Positions 50,701 to 61,863 of a DNA stretch of 64,000 bases are shown here, piece by piece. The stretch is from NCBI GenBank assembly GCA_002269645.1, contig NIVC01002288.1:37263-101262 (forward strand), given 5' to 3'. Source of the stretch: Macrostomum lignano (Eukaryota). A program made the translations under genes and the position numbers. Below the pieces are notes generated by a model. The model searched no databases. It was not told where the DNA came from and saw only the letters and a list, made by a program, of their open reading frames with translations. Each line of letters begins with the position of its first letter. Positions within the stretch are counted from its first letter, which is position 1.

Positions 50701-53700
50701 AAGGTGTGTGTAGGACTTTTGCTGATTTTCTGTTGCTTATTTATTTAGCATGTAATCAGCCAAAGAAATAGCCATATTTTGTAGCAGGCAAGTGGTAAGA
50801 TCTGCTTATATTGTACATCTAACTTTGTTTAAAAGGATGTCAATATAAACATATATAGATTTAGGCCTAACTTTATCAATTTAGGCTATTGACTTATACT
50901 AGTCTCTTTATTTAGGCTTTAAAGTTTTAGACTTGTACATGTTGAATGTACAAAACTTTAAATATACATTTTTGAATATTCAAAGGCTTTTAGATATAAG
51001 CAATATGTTGCATCATTTAGCCAATTTGGAATCTTAAGAATTTAGCTCTATTTAGCTATATATATAAAGCTATCTTTAGAGTTCTTTCTAGTAGTGGAAT
51101 AGGTGAAAATTGCCTACTTTGACAATTATAAAAGTTTAATAGAACAATTCTTGGAGCTAATAGCCATACATATATATATTAACAAAGTGGCTATCATTGT
51201 TGTTTTGCAATTGGTAATTGATAAGGTTATTACTAAATTTAGAGGTCTACTGATTTGCCTCTTGATAAGGTGATCTAAGAGCAATGGCTCTTTAGTTGAT
51301 TTGACTAGGATCTGAATGCCAAATCCAATAGATTAAGTTTCTATTCCAAATATGTTGATTCTAAAATAATATTTTCAAATATATTCTTGAAGACATGTCA
51401 AACAGGTTGTTAGCTGTGCCAGAATATATGTATATTCTTTTATACTATAAATTTAAAGAATATTCTTTATATTGCATTTGTTCTTACCTCTCTAATAACT
51501 TTCTATAAATCTTTTATTGTTTGTCTTCCTAGTCATATAGCAACTAAGGGTTCATTTATACTAAATATTACTAAATAAATAGAAAAGTACACTAAACAAA
51601 TCCTGTCAGAATTTGGCATACCAACTTTTCAAGAATTTTTATTCTATGCCAGACTGTTATTTATAACCCTATTTGAAACAAACATCTGAAAAGAATTTGA
51701 TGCCACTATTAAGTTAAAATATACAAATATACAAACAAAATGATCAATGTAAAGATTGATTTTTTGTCTACATAGGATATTGTGTGCATAGCTCCAACCA
51801 CATTTGTGCTCACATAAAGGTTTTTATAAGCTTCCCTTGATAATAATGATAATAATATTCATATAAAAACTAAATAAAAAATAGTAATTGGTAAATTACA
51901 ATTAAAATAAATATCAAAATGTGTAATTAGGCAATATAGACATCTATATCAGTCTAGCAAATTGTTAACCAATAGAGTTTAATATTATAGATTATAAGCT
52001 TTTCAGTAGCTGATACAAAGCTATCTACAACTACTAGTTTTAGCCAGCCCTTGTCTAAGAACAAAGAAAAATTTTTATGACAAAAAATTAGCCCAAACCT
52101 TAAATAATATGTGTTTATCTACTATCTTGTTATATACAGTTTGGTCTAGGCCATTATTTGTATTGTGGTCGAGGTATGCAATCTAGTGTAGATTTTTTAA
52201 AAATTGCTTGGTGCTTTAGCAGTGTGTGTGCGTGCTATTTAATTACTGAGCTAGCCAAGTTTTTGTACTTAACCGTGAAGCATCTGCATATTTCTCTAGG
52301 GTTTCAATCTTTAAACTAGGCAATGCAAATCCATGATCAATTGGCAAGAGTGGAATGAGAGTTGCCTTCAGCGTCTTAGAATAACAGAGCTTCTTGGCAA
52401 ATATTGACAGCTTGTCTCTAGGTTAGGTGTTGCCAGGTTGCCAGACATTTTCCCCACATTCATCACAAAATAAATGTGTCCATTGCTTCACCTGCCGCCA
52501 TTCGTGCAGCTACCAGCCAACTGCAGCCGATGTCGCCGTGTTCGACGCCCTCTCCGGCGCGCCAAAAGACTCGCTGAATCACGCGCTCCGCTGGTACAAG
52601 CACATCGCCTCCTACTCCAAGGCTGAGCGGTCCGGCTTCCCTGGCGACAAGTCCAAGAACGCCGCGGCGCCTGCCGCCAACGATGACGACGACGACGTTG
52701 ACCTGTTTGGTAGCGACGATGAGAACGACGCCGAAGCTGAGCGCATCAAGCAGGTGAAATCTCATTCGGTGTATGTACGCAGCTTAGGCATCTTGCAGAC
52801 CGTGTCTAGGGTACGGGGAGCTTCAAGGATATTGAAGGCCGTGCTTAGAGTACGGGGAGCTTCAATGATATTGAAGGCCGTGCTTAGAGTACGGGGAGCT
52901 TCAATGATATTGAAGGCCGTGCTTAGAGTACTGGGAGCTTCAATGATATTGAAGGCCGTGCTTAGAGTACGGGGAGCTTCAATGATATTGAAGGCCGTGC
53001 TTAGAGTACTGGGAGCTTCAATGATATTGAAGGCCGTGCTTAGAGTACTGGGAGCTTCAATGATATTGAAGGCCGTGCTTAGAGTACTGGGAGCTTCAAT
53101 GATATTGAAGGCCGTGCTTAGAGTACTGGGAGCTTCAATGATATTGAAGGCCGTGCTTAGAGTACTGGGAGCTTCAAGGATATTGAAGGCCGTGCTTAGA
53201 GTACTGGGAGCTTCAATGATATTGAAGGCCGTGCTTAGAGTACTGGGAGCTTCAATGATATTGAAGGCCGTGCTTAGAGTACTGGGAGCTTCAATGATAT
53301 TGAAGGCCGTGCTTAGAGTACTGGGAGCTTCAATGATATTGAAGGCCGTGCTTAGAGTACTGGGAGCTTCAATGATACTGAAGGCCGTGCTTAAAGTACG
53401 GGGAGCTTCAAGGATATTGAAGGCCGTGCTTAGAGTACTGGGAGCTTCAATGATATTGAAGGCCTGGATTAGAGTATTGTGAGCTTAAAAATCTCAGCGA
53501 TTTAACGCGTTAACCTTGGCATCCTTCAGGAGCGCCTGCAAGCCTACCAGGAGAAGAAGGCCAAGAAGCCCGCCCTCGTTGCCAAGAGCAGCATCGTGCT
53601 AGACGTGAAGCCGTGGGACGATGAGACTGACATGGCGGAGATGGAGCGCTGCGTTCGCAGCATCGCCACCGACGGCCTCCTGTGGGGCGCCAGCAAGCTG

Positions 53701-53847
53701 GTGCCGGTTGGCTACGGCATCAAGAAGCTGCAGATTGGCTGCGTTGTTGAAGACGACAAAGTTGGCACCGACTTCCTAGAGGAGGAGATCACCAAGTTCG
53801 AAGACTTGGTCCAATCTGTGGACGTGGCCGCTTTCCAGAAGATCTGA
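44724..53847 (+). CDS. EEF1B2: Translation elongation factor 1-beta (eEF1B-alpha), 213 aa, 3 exons
   Basis: Exons 44724-44803 ([27 protein letters not shown]), 52510-52753 ([36 protein letters not shown]) and 53530-53847 ([29 protein letters not shown]); phases consistent. Confidence 0.97.
45945..46664. mobile_element. CT-then-GA low-complexity tract ending in a hAT-type terminus, nested in the 2178-bp element
   Basis: Polypyrimidine 45945-46370, polypurine 46415-46570, then GAGTTTGCCGACCCCTG (reverse complement CAGGGGTCGGCAAACTC) at 46648-46664; left end not found. Confidence 0.55.
46835..47310. repeat. 20-21-bp minisatellite TTTTGCGACTTACCTAATCC (~22 copies) inside the transposon
   Basis: Tandem array visible. 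Confidence 0.95.
47831..48452. mobile_element. 622-bp non-autonomous TIR element with GG..CC ends (MULE- or Merlin-like)
   Basis: Left GGTCTGCGGTCATTTCATCTGCCGCCTTTTTGTCTGCC vs right GGCAGACAAAAAGGTGG..GGCAGACGAAATGACCGTCAACC; flanks TGTGGTTT / TGTGGTTC (7/8 TSD). Confidence 0.7.
48807..49103. mobile_element. 297-bp member of the CATAC-terminus family
   Basis: Ends CATACATGCGCAAC / GTTGCGCATGTATG; perfect TSD TGTCAAGT; the left ~190 bp aligns by eye to the left end of the 2178-bp copy. Confidence 0.9.
49690..49880. repeat. Degenerate ~21-bp repeat (TTGTTGCTATTGTCAGAGCCA-like), eEF1B intron 1
   Basis: Recurring TTGTTGCTAT/ATCAGAGCCA modules. Confidence 0.6.
52810..53468. repeat. 39-bp minisatellite GGGAGCTTCAATGATATTGAAGGCCGTGCTTAGAGTACT, ~17 copies, eEF1B intron 2
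   Basis: Highly homogeneous array; source of the spurious [16 protein letters not shown] extension. Confidence 0.98.
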
Positions 53848-53932
53848 GCGAGCCACCTTAGCCCTGGGAGACTGTGCGTTTTGTTTTCAAGTTATTCTTT
53901 GCAATCTAAAAAATCAAATAATTATTCATAAA

Positions 53933-53938
53933 AATAAA
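53933..53938 (+). terminator. Candidate poly(A) signal of eEF1B
   Basis: AATAAA 86 nt after the TGA. Confidence 0.5.
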
Positions 53939-54668
53939 CTGTCAGCGACCAAATTTATGCGAATGGTGACAGGCCAATCACTTCCAGATTGATGCATGCT
54001 GCCGCTTACAGTGGACACGACAGCTTTGTTGGACTTTAAAATGGATAAATTTAAGTGCCTATCGATGCGCTTTGGTCTTTTTTGCCTTGTCTTTGCTTTC
54101 TTCTGTACTACTAAGAATTCAGGTGAAATATCTAGGTTAGTTAGAAACAGTAAAAAAAGCGTTTCGGTAATTTTACGCGGCCTACGAAGCCTCTCTATCC
54201 GGTTCTTCAGGTCGTTTGAAACTTTACAATAACAATCCGCCCGTTGAAAAGCGTTACTGTAATCAGAATCATTAAGTGACGCAACTCAGCGATTCTACAG
54301 CGACTAGCCAGATACGACTATTCGGCCCCAAAGTCATTATCGTAGAAGCGCCCCAGAGTCGCAGACAATAAAACACCTCAAATTTACTCCAGTCCGATGA
54401 GGACGGTCGCGGTAAAATTAAGGTTTATGTGACTCCTCTCATCTGACCCTTGAAGTAAAAAAGTTAGCCGACCCCCCATACTACTGACTAAGTAGCTTAT
54501 GAGTGAACAGAATATTTTCATCCAACCAACAGGGTGATCATTTTCTGCTTTGGTTTTCTCAATTAACCCGCTTTATCTGGTCTTTGTAGCTTAATTCACC
54601 CTAATGTCCTTTTTAACCTGTGTTCTTGCAGCACATTGACGTTGTTTTAAAGGTTTTGACAAGAAGTC

Positions 54669-56194
54669 ATGACTTCGGCGGCAACCCCAGACTCGGCCGC
54701 TGCCTCCGTCGACATCAAAGTGGTGCTGCTTGGTCAGCGATACGTTGGCAAGACCGCCCTGATGGAGAGGTTCCTTCACGACCGATTCCTATCAGCCGAT
54801 GGCTACCTGACCACCATTGGTGCCGCCTATGGATCTAAGAGACTCATGTTGCAAGCTCCATCGAATAGATCCGTGGTGCTTGGAGTCTGGGACACAGCGG
54901 GCGGGGAGGAATACCACTCACTGACTCGAATCTACTACAGGGGCTCCAGGGCTGCCGTTCTGTGCTACGATGTCACCACCGCCGACAGCTTGGATAGAGC
55001 CAAGTTCTGGGCCGGCGAGCTGGCCAAGCATGAGCCCGACTGTCGGGTGTATCTCTGCGGCTGCAAACTCGACCTGGCCACTGAGGACCCGGCCGCCCGG
55101 ACCGTGTCACCTGCCGCCGTCAAAAAGTTTGCTAATGGTGAGCTGTTAGGGCGATCGGCTGTGACTCACTTTGCTGATTCAGTTCTTGCCAGTGACTCAC
55201 TTTGCTGATTGAGTTCTTGCCAGTGACTCACTTTGCTGATTGAGTCTTGTCAGTGACTCACTTTGCTGATTGAGTTCTTGTCAGTGACTCACTTTGCTGA
55301 TTGAGTTCTTGCCAGTGACTCACTTTGCTGATTGAGTTCTTGCCAGTGACTCACTTTGCTGATTGAGTCTTGTCAGTGACTCACTTTGCTGATAGAGTTC
55401 TTGCCAGTGACTCACTTTGCTGATTGAGTTCTTGTCAGTGACTCACTTTGTTGATTGAGGTCTTGCCAGTGACTTACTTTGCTGATTGAGTTCTTGTCAG
55501 TAACTCACTTTGCTGATTGAGGTCTTGCCAGTGACTCACTTTGCTGATTGAGTTCTTGCCAGTGACTCACTTTGCTGATTGAGTTCTTGCCAGTGACTCA
55601 CTTTGCTGATTGAGTTCTTGTCAGTGACTCACTTTGTTGATTGAGGTCTTGCCAGTGACTTACTTTGCTGATTGAGTTCTTGTCAGTAACTCACTTTGCT
55701 GATTGAGGTCTTGCCAGTGACTCACTTTGCTGATTGAGTTCTTGCCAGTGACTCACTTTGCTGATTGAGTTCTTGCCAGTGACTCACTTTGCTGATTGAG
55801 TTCTTGCCAGTGACTCACTTTGCTGATTGAGTTCTTGCCAGTGACTCACTTTGCTGATTGAGTTCTTGCCAGTGACTCACTTTGCTGATTGATGTCGCCA
55901 AAGACGTTGCGCCAGTGTAGCCGCAAACACCCTATCAGAATATTCAATATTTATGTTATTTGCAATGACCGGTCAGTGTGACTGCCCCCACCGCAACCCG
56001 CAGATCTGGGCGCTTCAACATTCGAAACTTCAAGCAAAACAGGCGAAAATGTTGCCGAACTGTTTGCCGCAATTGCCCAAGATTTTGTCCGGGGTTCCTC
56101 TGGCGACTCAGCTGCTGAGGCGTCTGGCACAGTTTCGCTAAGCAGAAACGCCAACCAGCAACAACAGCAGCAGAAGAAGCAGTGTGGCTGCTAG
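54669..56194 (+). CDS. RAB24: Rab24 small GTPase, 219 aa, 2 exons
   Basis: Exons 54669-55137 and 56004-56194; motifs KVVLLGQRYVGKT..ERFLHDRFL, TIGAAY, WDTAGGE..RIYYRG, RAKFW..EL, YLCGCKLD, FETSSKTG; ends KKQCGC*. Confidence 0.93.
55161..55892. repeat. 31-bp minisatellite GTGACTCACTTTGCTGATTGAGTTCTTGCCA, 24 copies, Rab24 intron
   Basis: Units counted by eye; includes a 186-bp higher-order duplication. Confidence 0.98.
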
Positions 56195-56979
56195 GTTTAC
56201 AAATTTACATTAATAATAATTACGCTATGAATAAGCTGTTGACTAATACTTTTATTAGTTCAATACTCACTTTTTCAATGACACGTGGCTTCATCAGCAT
56301 ACTACTCGCTAGTAGGCATGTCGTACATGAATCTATCCGATTGCAACCCCCACAGGCTAAGAAAAACGAATCAGATTTCAAGAGTTTTAATTGGCACGTC
56401 TTTCACAGCTTTAATTGTTGTAAAAAATTAAATTATTGATTGGAATTATGCGTCATTAATTTTGATTTCATTTGCCAAGTCGGGTTTTATTCTTTTATCC
56501 ACTATATTTGCTTTCCAGAGTGCCTTAAGCCTTCAAGTTGCGCCTTTGCACCGTCGTTTTTATCATATTGTGAGATATTGTTTACTTTTTTAATCCACTA
56601 TGCTGATACACTCTATAATCAAAATATACGCTATATACAATTGGCTTTTGTATGCTAAAACTTTTTCTTGCTCCGCCTACGTACTTGTAATACTCGTAAG
56701 ACTATCTACATTTAAACCAGAATTTGTTCAGATTTTTTTCACATTTTATTGGGCCACCGAACCTACAAAGTATGGGCTAGATGGTTTTAAGAATGTGCTG
56801 AACGGTCTTGACATCCTCACATTGAGTCTGAAAGTGTCGCAATGTCATGAGATCGTGAGCGCCAGTGCAACTTCGCAAATTTCTGTAGTTATGCATCATT
56901 TTTAATTAGTCTGCGCGCGTTGTGCAATGCACTGCAGCCCTCCCATTTAGGATGTCTATGGCCAAGAGGCTGGTAGGTG

Positions 56980-57541
56980 CCCCTGTCTCTTGGTGGCCGC
57001 CCCTGTCTCTTGGTGGCCGCCCCTGTCTCTTGGTTGGCGCCCCTGTCTCTTGGTGGCCGCCCCTGTCTCTTGGTGGCCGCCCCTGTCTCTTGGTGGGAGC
57101 CCCTGTCTCTTGGTGGCCGCCCCTGTCTCTTGGTGGCCGCCCCTGTCTCTTGGTGGCCGCCCCTGTCTCTTGGTGGGAGCCCCTGTCTCTTGGTGGCCGC
57201 CTTTCTCTTGGTTGGCGCCCCTGTCTCTTGGTGGCCGCCCCTGTCTCTTGGTTGGCGCCCCTGTCTCTTGGTGGGAGCCCCTGTCTCTTGGTTGGCGCCC
57301 CTGTCTCTTGGTGGGAGCCCCTGTCTCTTGGTGGGAGCCCCTGTCTCTTGGTGGCCGCCCCTGTCTCTTGGTTGGCGCCCCTGTCTCTTGGTTGGCGCCC
57401 CTGTCTCTTGGTGGGAGCCCCTGTCTCTTGGTGGGAGCCCCTGTCTCTTGGTGGCCGCCCCTGTCTCTTGGTGGGAGCCCCTGTCTCTTGGTGGGAGCCC
57501 CTGTCTCTTGGTGGCCGCCCTTGTCTCTTGGTGGGAGCCCC
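56980..57541. repeat. 20-bp minisatellite CCCTGTCTCTTGG-(TGGCCGC/TTGGCGC/TGGGAGC), downstream of Rab24
   Basis: Constant 13-mer plus three interspersed 7-mer variants. Confidence 0.97.
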
Positions 57542-59165
57542 TACCCCTACGTGTCCGTCCGTCCCCCCCCCCTACAATAATATACATGCGCACTTATATT
57601 CTAGGCTGTTGGATACCGTTGTCCAAGAGTTGACAAAAGTTAAGCTATTCATGGAGCTGCGTTACTTGTGTAGCTATGTCTTATTTAGTGGCAATTTGTG
57701 GTGGTTCCACTTGATGTTGACTACTCTAGTTTAGCCCAAGGGCACTAATATTCTTATCTCTTGTATCGCTTGATTTCCAAACCAGCTAGCTAGTCTATTA
57801 TAACTAATAAAAATAGGTGTCCATGTCCTTAAATATGGAACTGAAATTCGAAGTTTCCAAAAAGGACAAAAATCAGTGGTCGCTGCGTCCCAACCGCATG
57901 GACTTGTCCGTACCATTCTGGGGTCACCATTGATGTCTGCCGCCAACTTGAATCTTTAATTTGATTCTTCAAGGTGCAGAAAATTTTTTGCTTGAGAACT
58001 TTGCTAGTGAATGACGGCGCCGGCGTACAATCTGTGATGGCAGGCTTTGTGCCTAGCTAGTTCCTTAGTTACTAGGGCCTGATATGCATAAGGGATCTCT
58101 CGATTGCCAATCAATTCTCGAGGCGTTGCCTCCCAAGGCAGGCCGAATATTTTAGTCCCACTTGAGCGCGCGCTGCACTTCTCAAAGCCGGGCCACTTCG
58201 TCGGGACGGGGAGCAGATGAGGGAGACGAAAGTGGGAAGAGTGCTTGGAATTGGAGTCTCCCTTTAGCAACTAAACTGCCTAGCTCTCACTCTCATTTCC
58301 CATTCCTTCATTCATCCTCATTCTCTCTCGCTCCTTGACGCTTGCCCGGCGCATGTGATGCAAATAGAGCTCGCCTGAGCATCCGATATATTAAATAACG
58401 AATGCGCGAATTGAATCTTGCAATTTTTGGTTGAACATCGGAAGTGATTAAACATTGGTATGGCATCGCATCTCTTGGCTTTCATTGCGAATTGTGGTAG
58501 AACTATTTGAGCACTGGCCCAGTTTTTGTACCTGGGCCGTTATTGCGTGTTCGATAATTTTTTAGCGAATATTAAGTTGCACAGCACCATTTCACAATGA
58601 TTTATCACATTGCTTTTGCTCAAACTGTCCCAATTTCTGCCGCCTCATGCAGACGATGCGGGCCAAGCAACTGGGGGATTCTGGACCACTAGGACTGGCC
58701 TCTGGAATGAGGATTAAGCAACCGGCCGGGCGAGGGAGCAGAGTGCCTCTCGCCTCTCCGATTTCCCTGACGCAGCCTCCTTATAGCGCGTCGCCCGAGG
58801 GACCCGCGCCGCTGAAGGGCTGGGCAGCGCTGGCTAGAAACTGCCCCCATCCAGGGCCAAACTCGTCCCCAACTTTTCTGGTCCACAACCAGCCGCGCCT
58901 CCCATTTCCCCTGTTCTCTCCGGCCTCCTTCGCCTACTCAGCCTGAGCCTCTGAGTAGCCCAGGCTTCTCCAGCCGGCCAACCCCCCTGGGGAACACGGC
59001 GCTCCTCCTCCCTCCGCTGAGATCCCACCAGTCTGATGAGGGCTTAGAGGAGCAAGCCGGGATAGCAAACTCTTTCTTTACCCCCGCCCCCATTCCCACT
59101 CTTTTAATCCCCCATCTTGTAGTCTTATATATAGTGCTTCCCCAGCCTAGTACTAGCACTCTAAT

Positions 59166-59167
<2 letters not shown>

Positions 59168-59198
<31 letters not shown>
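59168..59198. repeat. (CT)n microsatellite
   Basis: Direct reading. Confidence 0.9.
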
Positions 59199-59202
<4 letters not shown>

Positions 59203-61863
59203 CGCAGGCGCACACTCTAGGCTGCAAAGAAGGTAAAACGCTCAGTGTGCGCATTGCGGTTTGGACAGCAGCAGAGCGGAGGTTGGGAGAGGAGGCTGGC
59301 AGGGGAGATAAGATGGGGAAGGGGCCTCCATCCCGCCTTTCCTCTTCCGTATCGACCAAGCGGGGCGGAGGTGGGAGGCGGCGGAGAAGGGGGAGAGAGT
59401 AGGAGAGAAGGAATGGACAGGCTGGGCGAGTATTGCGGGATAGCAAAGCCCGACGCTCAGGCGCCCCCTCCTCCGGCACGGCCGTCCCATCCCAGCTCCT
59501 TCGCTTAGCCTCAAAAGAGTTTTCCAAAACGGCACTGCAGGCCTTTCCTCCCCCTTTACTCCCCAATCCGGGCAGCCTACTTTAGTCTAAAAAAGCCGGT
59601 CGCGCAGGCTAGTTTGCCCCTCCCCCACCACCCCGGGATTTTCAACTTTATTCAAATAATCAACTTTGTTTTAACCGGTCGTGCTGTCCCCCCCCTCCAT
59701 TAAATTCCGTGGCATCAAACGACCCGAAGGCAGAGCAACAGGACGCTTCAAATGTGACCCGTGAGCAGAATAATTGCCAGTCGGACAGTCAAACAGCAAA
59801 TATTAGAGTTTATAAAAAAGCTCCCGAGAGTCAGCACTTGGCCAGCTCTGAAAAAGCCACAGGTGAGACAATTTCTTTCTCTGAGATGTTCCTACGCTCA
59901 TTGCCGCTGGACATAAAAAGTAAAGACTTATTGACCACAATAATAAGTCACTCCTAAAAACCCCTTCTCTCAAACTCAACTCGACAGCCCTGCTCAATCT
60001 GCCCCTCTACGTACTCAAAAACCCTTTATCGCTATCGAGCCCAGCTGATCCCAGGCATCGCTTTCATCTTTAATGAGCTTCTACTCCAACCAGACCTGAA
60101 AAGTTGGCCGCAGCATCAAACTTTGCAACAAGTTGATGCGGCATCTAGATGGGGAACGGTTTCTCGGCGCATTAGATCTGATGGGATCCGACAAGATCCG
60201 CTCCCCCCCTAGCCTTCCCGTGGGACTCAGCCTGTATTGAAGCTTGTAGATGTTGCTAGCAGCATCTGCCTCCCGAGGCCTCAAAGTTTTCTTTCCACTT
60301 CTTTGAGTTCATCTCGGTTGAAAAAGGCATCAAAACCTGCAGAGCCTTGGTGTTTATATTTACTCGGCGACTATACTCGCCAGTGCTCAACCCACCGCAA
60401 AGTTGAGTTCAGTAGACAAAACTATAAAAGACGAGATATTGGACTGATAAAGACTCGCTCAAATTTCACTTCTAAGATGCCTTCAAATGGGAAGTTGATA
60501 GTATTTTTTACATTATTTTTTATGTTTACTTTGTACTCTGCTTTTACCAAACATTAAATGTGTTACAGACATGGAGCACTGCTGGCTTCGAGAAAGGAAA
60601 GTGTTGTATATCACAGACGCTTGGGCATAAAGCTCTATAATCTTGCACAGGGGGGGGGGAATAAGTCTTGGCGTGACAGGAAATCAAGCCAGCCCTCCGA
60701 CTCTTAAACCCCACCGCAGTGGTCGAATCAACTTTGCCCGACCTTTGAGTTGTTTTATTTCACCCGCAAGGCAATCAGAACAAAGTGCAACCCCAGTCTA
60801 GAATGGACTTGCTGGCCTCACTTTGGTTTCCCGCCTGTCGGCTCTTGAAGCAGAATGCTACTGCGCAGTCTGGAATGAAGCCTTCATTCGAGATTGCCGT
60901 CCACCAACTGCTTCTTCTGCTTCAATATGTTCTTTCTCGGTCTCCTCCCTGGTGCGGACTCTCGTCTCTCCCACACTGCCTCTCAAAGCTAGCCAAGAGT
61001 AGCCAGAAACAACAGCAGGTAAAATTGATTTGCTCCTATTGATTTAACGACACCCGACCCGTCCGCTAGCAGCGCTTTTCCTATAAGCCAGCCCCCCCCC
61101 TCATTTTCTGTTGCCGAATTCCTGCAGGGGAGATGGACCAGGGATTTCTGCACACACGCACAGCCTCGAGCGCCTCGCAAATAGCAGCAATCGAGCTTTG
61201 CTGTGCCCGCCCAGCTCCCGGGCTCAATTAGGGCGGTTCTCACGTCTGCAAGTCTAGCTGTTTGCATTGCTGCTTTCCCTCTCTATCCTGTTGTGTTCCC
61301 CTTCGCATTACTGAGGACTGTTTAGCCGGCTCCTAATTCATTCAGATTGATTGCCTTTCTCCACTGTTTGCCTGCGCTGAGCTGCAGTAGATAGGACGGT
61401 TAGAAGGGTTTGTTAGAGCAGCAGCTCATCGCATCCTTCTCGACTCATTCTCATCGCTATGGTTTCTGCTTAAAGATGCACCGTCTGAATCTAGAGTAAG
61501 CCGTCCTTGTCGCCGCAGAAATCAGAAGGGTAAAAACGGCTACTTGAATTGGAAATGACAGCCTGAAACTAAGTGGAGAAAATAGGAAAATTTTTATCAG
61601 ACACCAATGTGCTTGGGATATGAGAGATGGAGCTTTCCAGCTGCACCATCCTGTAAAGCCCAATCAACATGCTTCTCTCTTGAGACCTACTCGAAATCTG
61701 CTTATGAAATGGAGGAAGTTTCGATTTCTATTAGAGGGTTCAGACTTCGGATCAGAGGCCCAGGGGCCCAGTGCACCGAGTGCTCCATTGGAATTAAGAA
61801 TATTTGGAATGGCGCGTCTGGTCTCACTGCCACCTTATCTATTCGGTTAGGCCGTCAGTCGCC

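Noticed and set aside
52290-52392. H/ACA snoRNA candidate near the 3' end of eEF1B intron 1 (two hairpins, ACA)
   Set aside because: No ANANNA H box between the hairpins; would need snoReport/small-RNA data.
54560-54668. eEF1B-Rab24 operon (same strand, ~820 bp apart, AG acceptor at 54630 before the ATG)
   Set aside because: There is room for an independent promoter and a 5' UTR intron, and no SL RNA gene or other positive evidence is in the window.
52810-55892. CRISPR-like appearance of 30-40-bp repeats with internal dyads
   Set aside because: Units are head-to-tail with no unique spacers, the context is eukaryotic introns, and there are no cas genes.
59020-59075. Hammerhead-ribozyme-like CTGATGAG-GGCTT..AAGCC
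   Set aside because: The required GAAA after stem II reads GGGA and no stem III/UH cleavage site could be built.
57730-60560. GC-richer segment with fragmented ORFs (possible decayed retroelement or DNA transposon)
   Set aside because: No RT, endonuclease or DDE motif could be read in any frame; needs a profile search.
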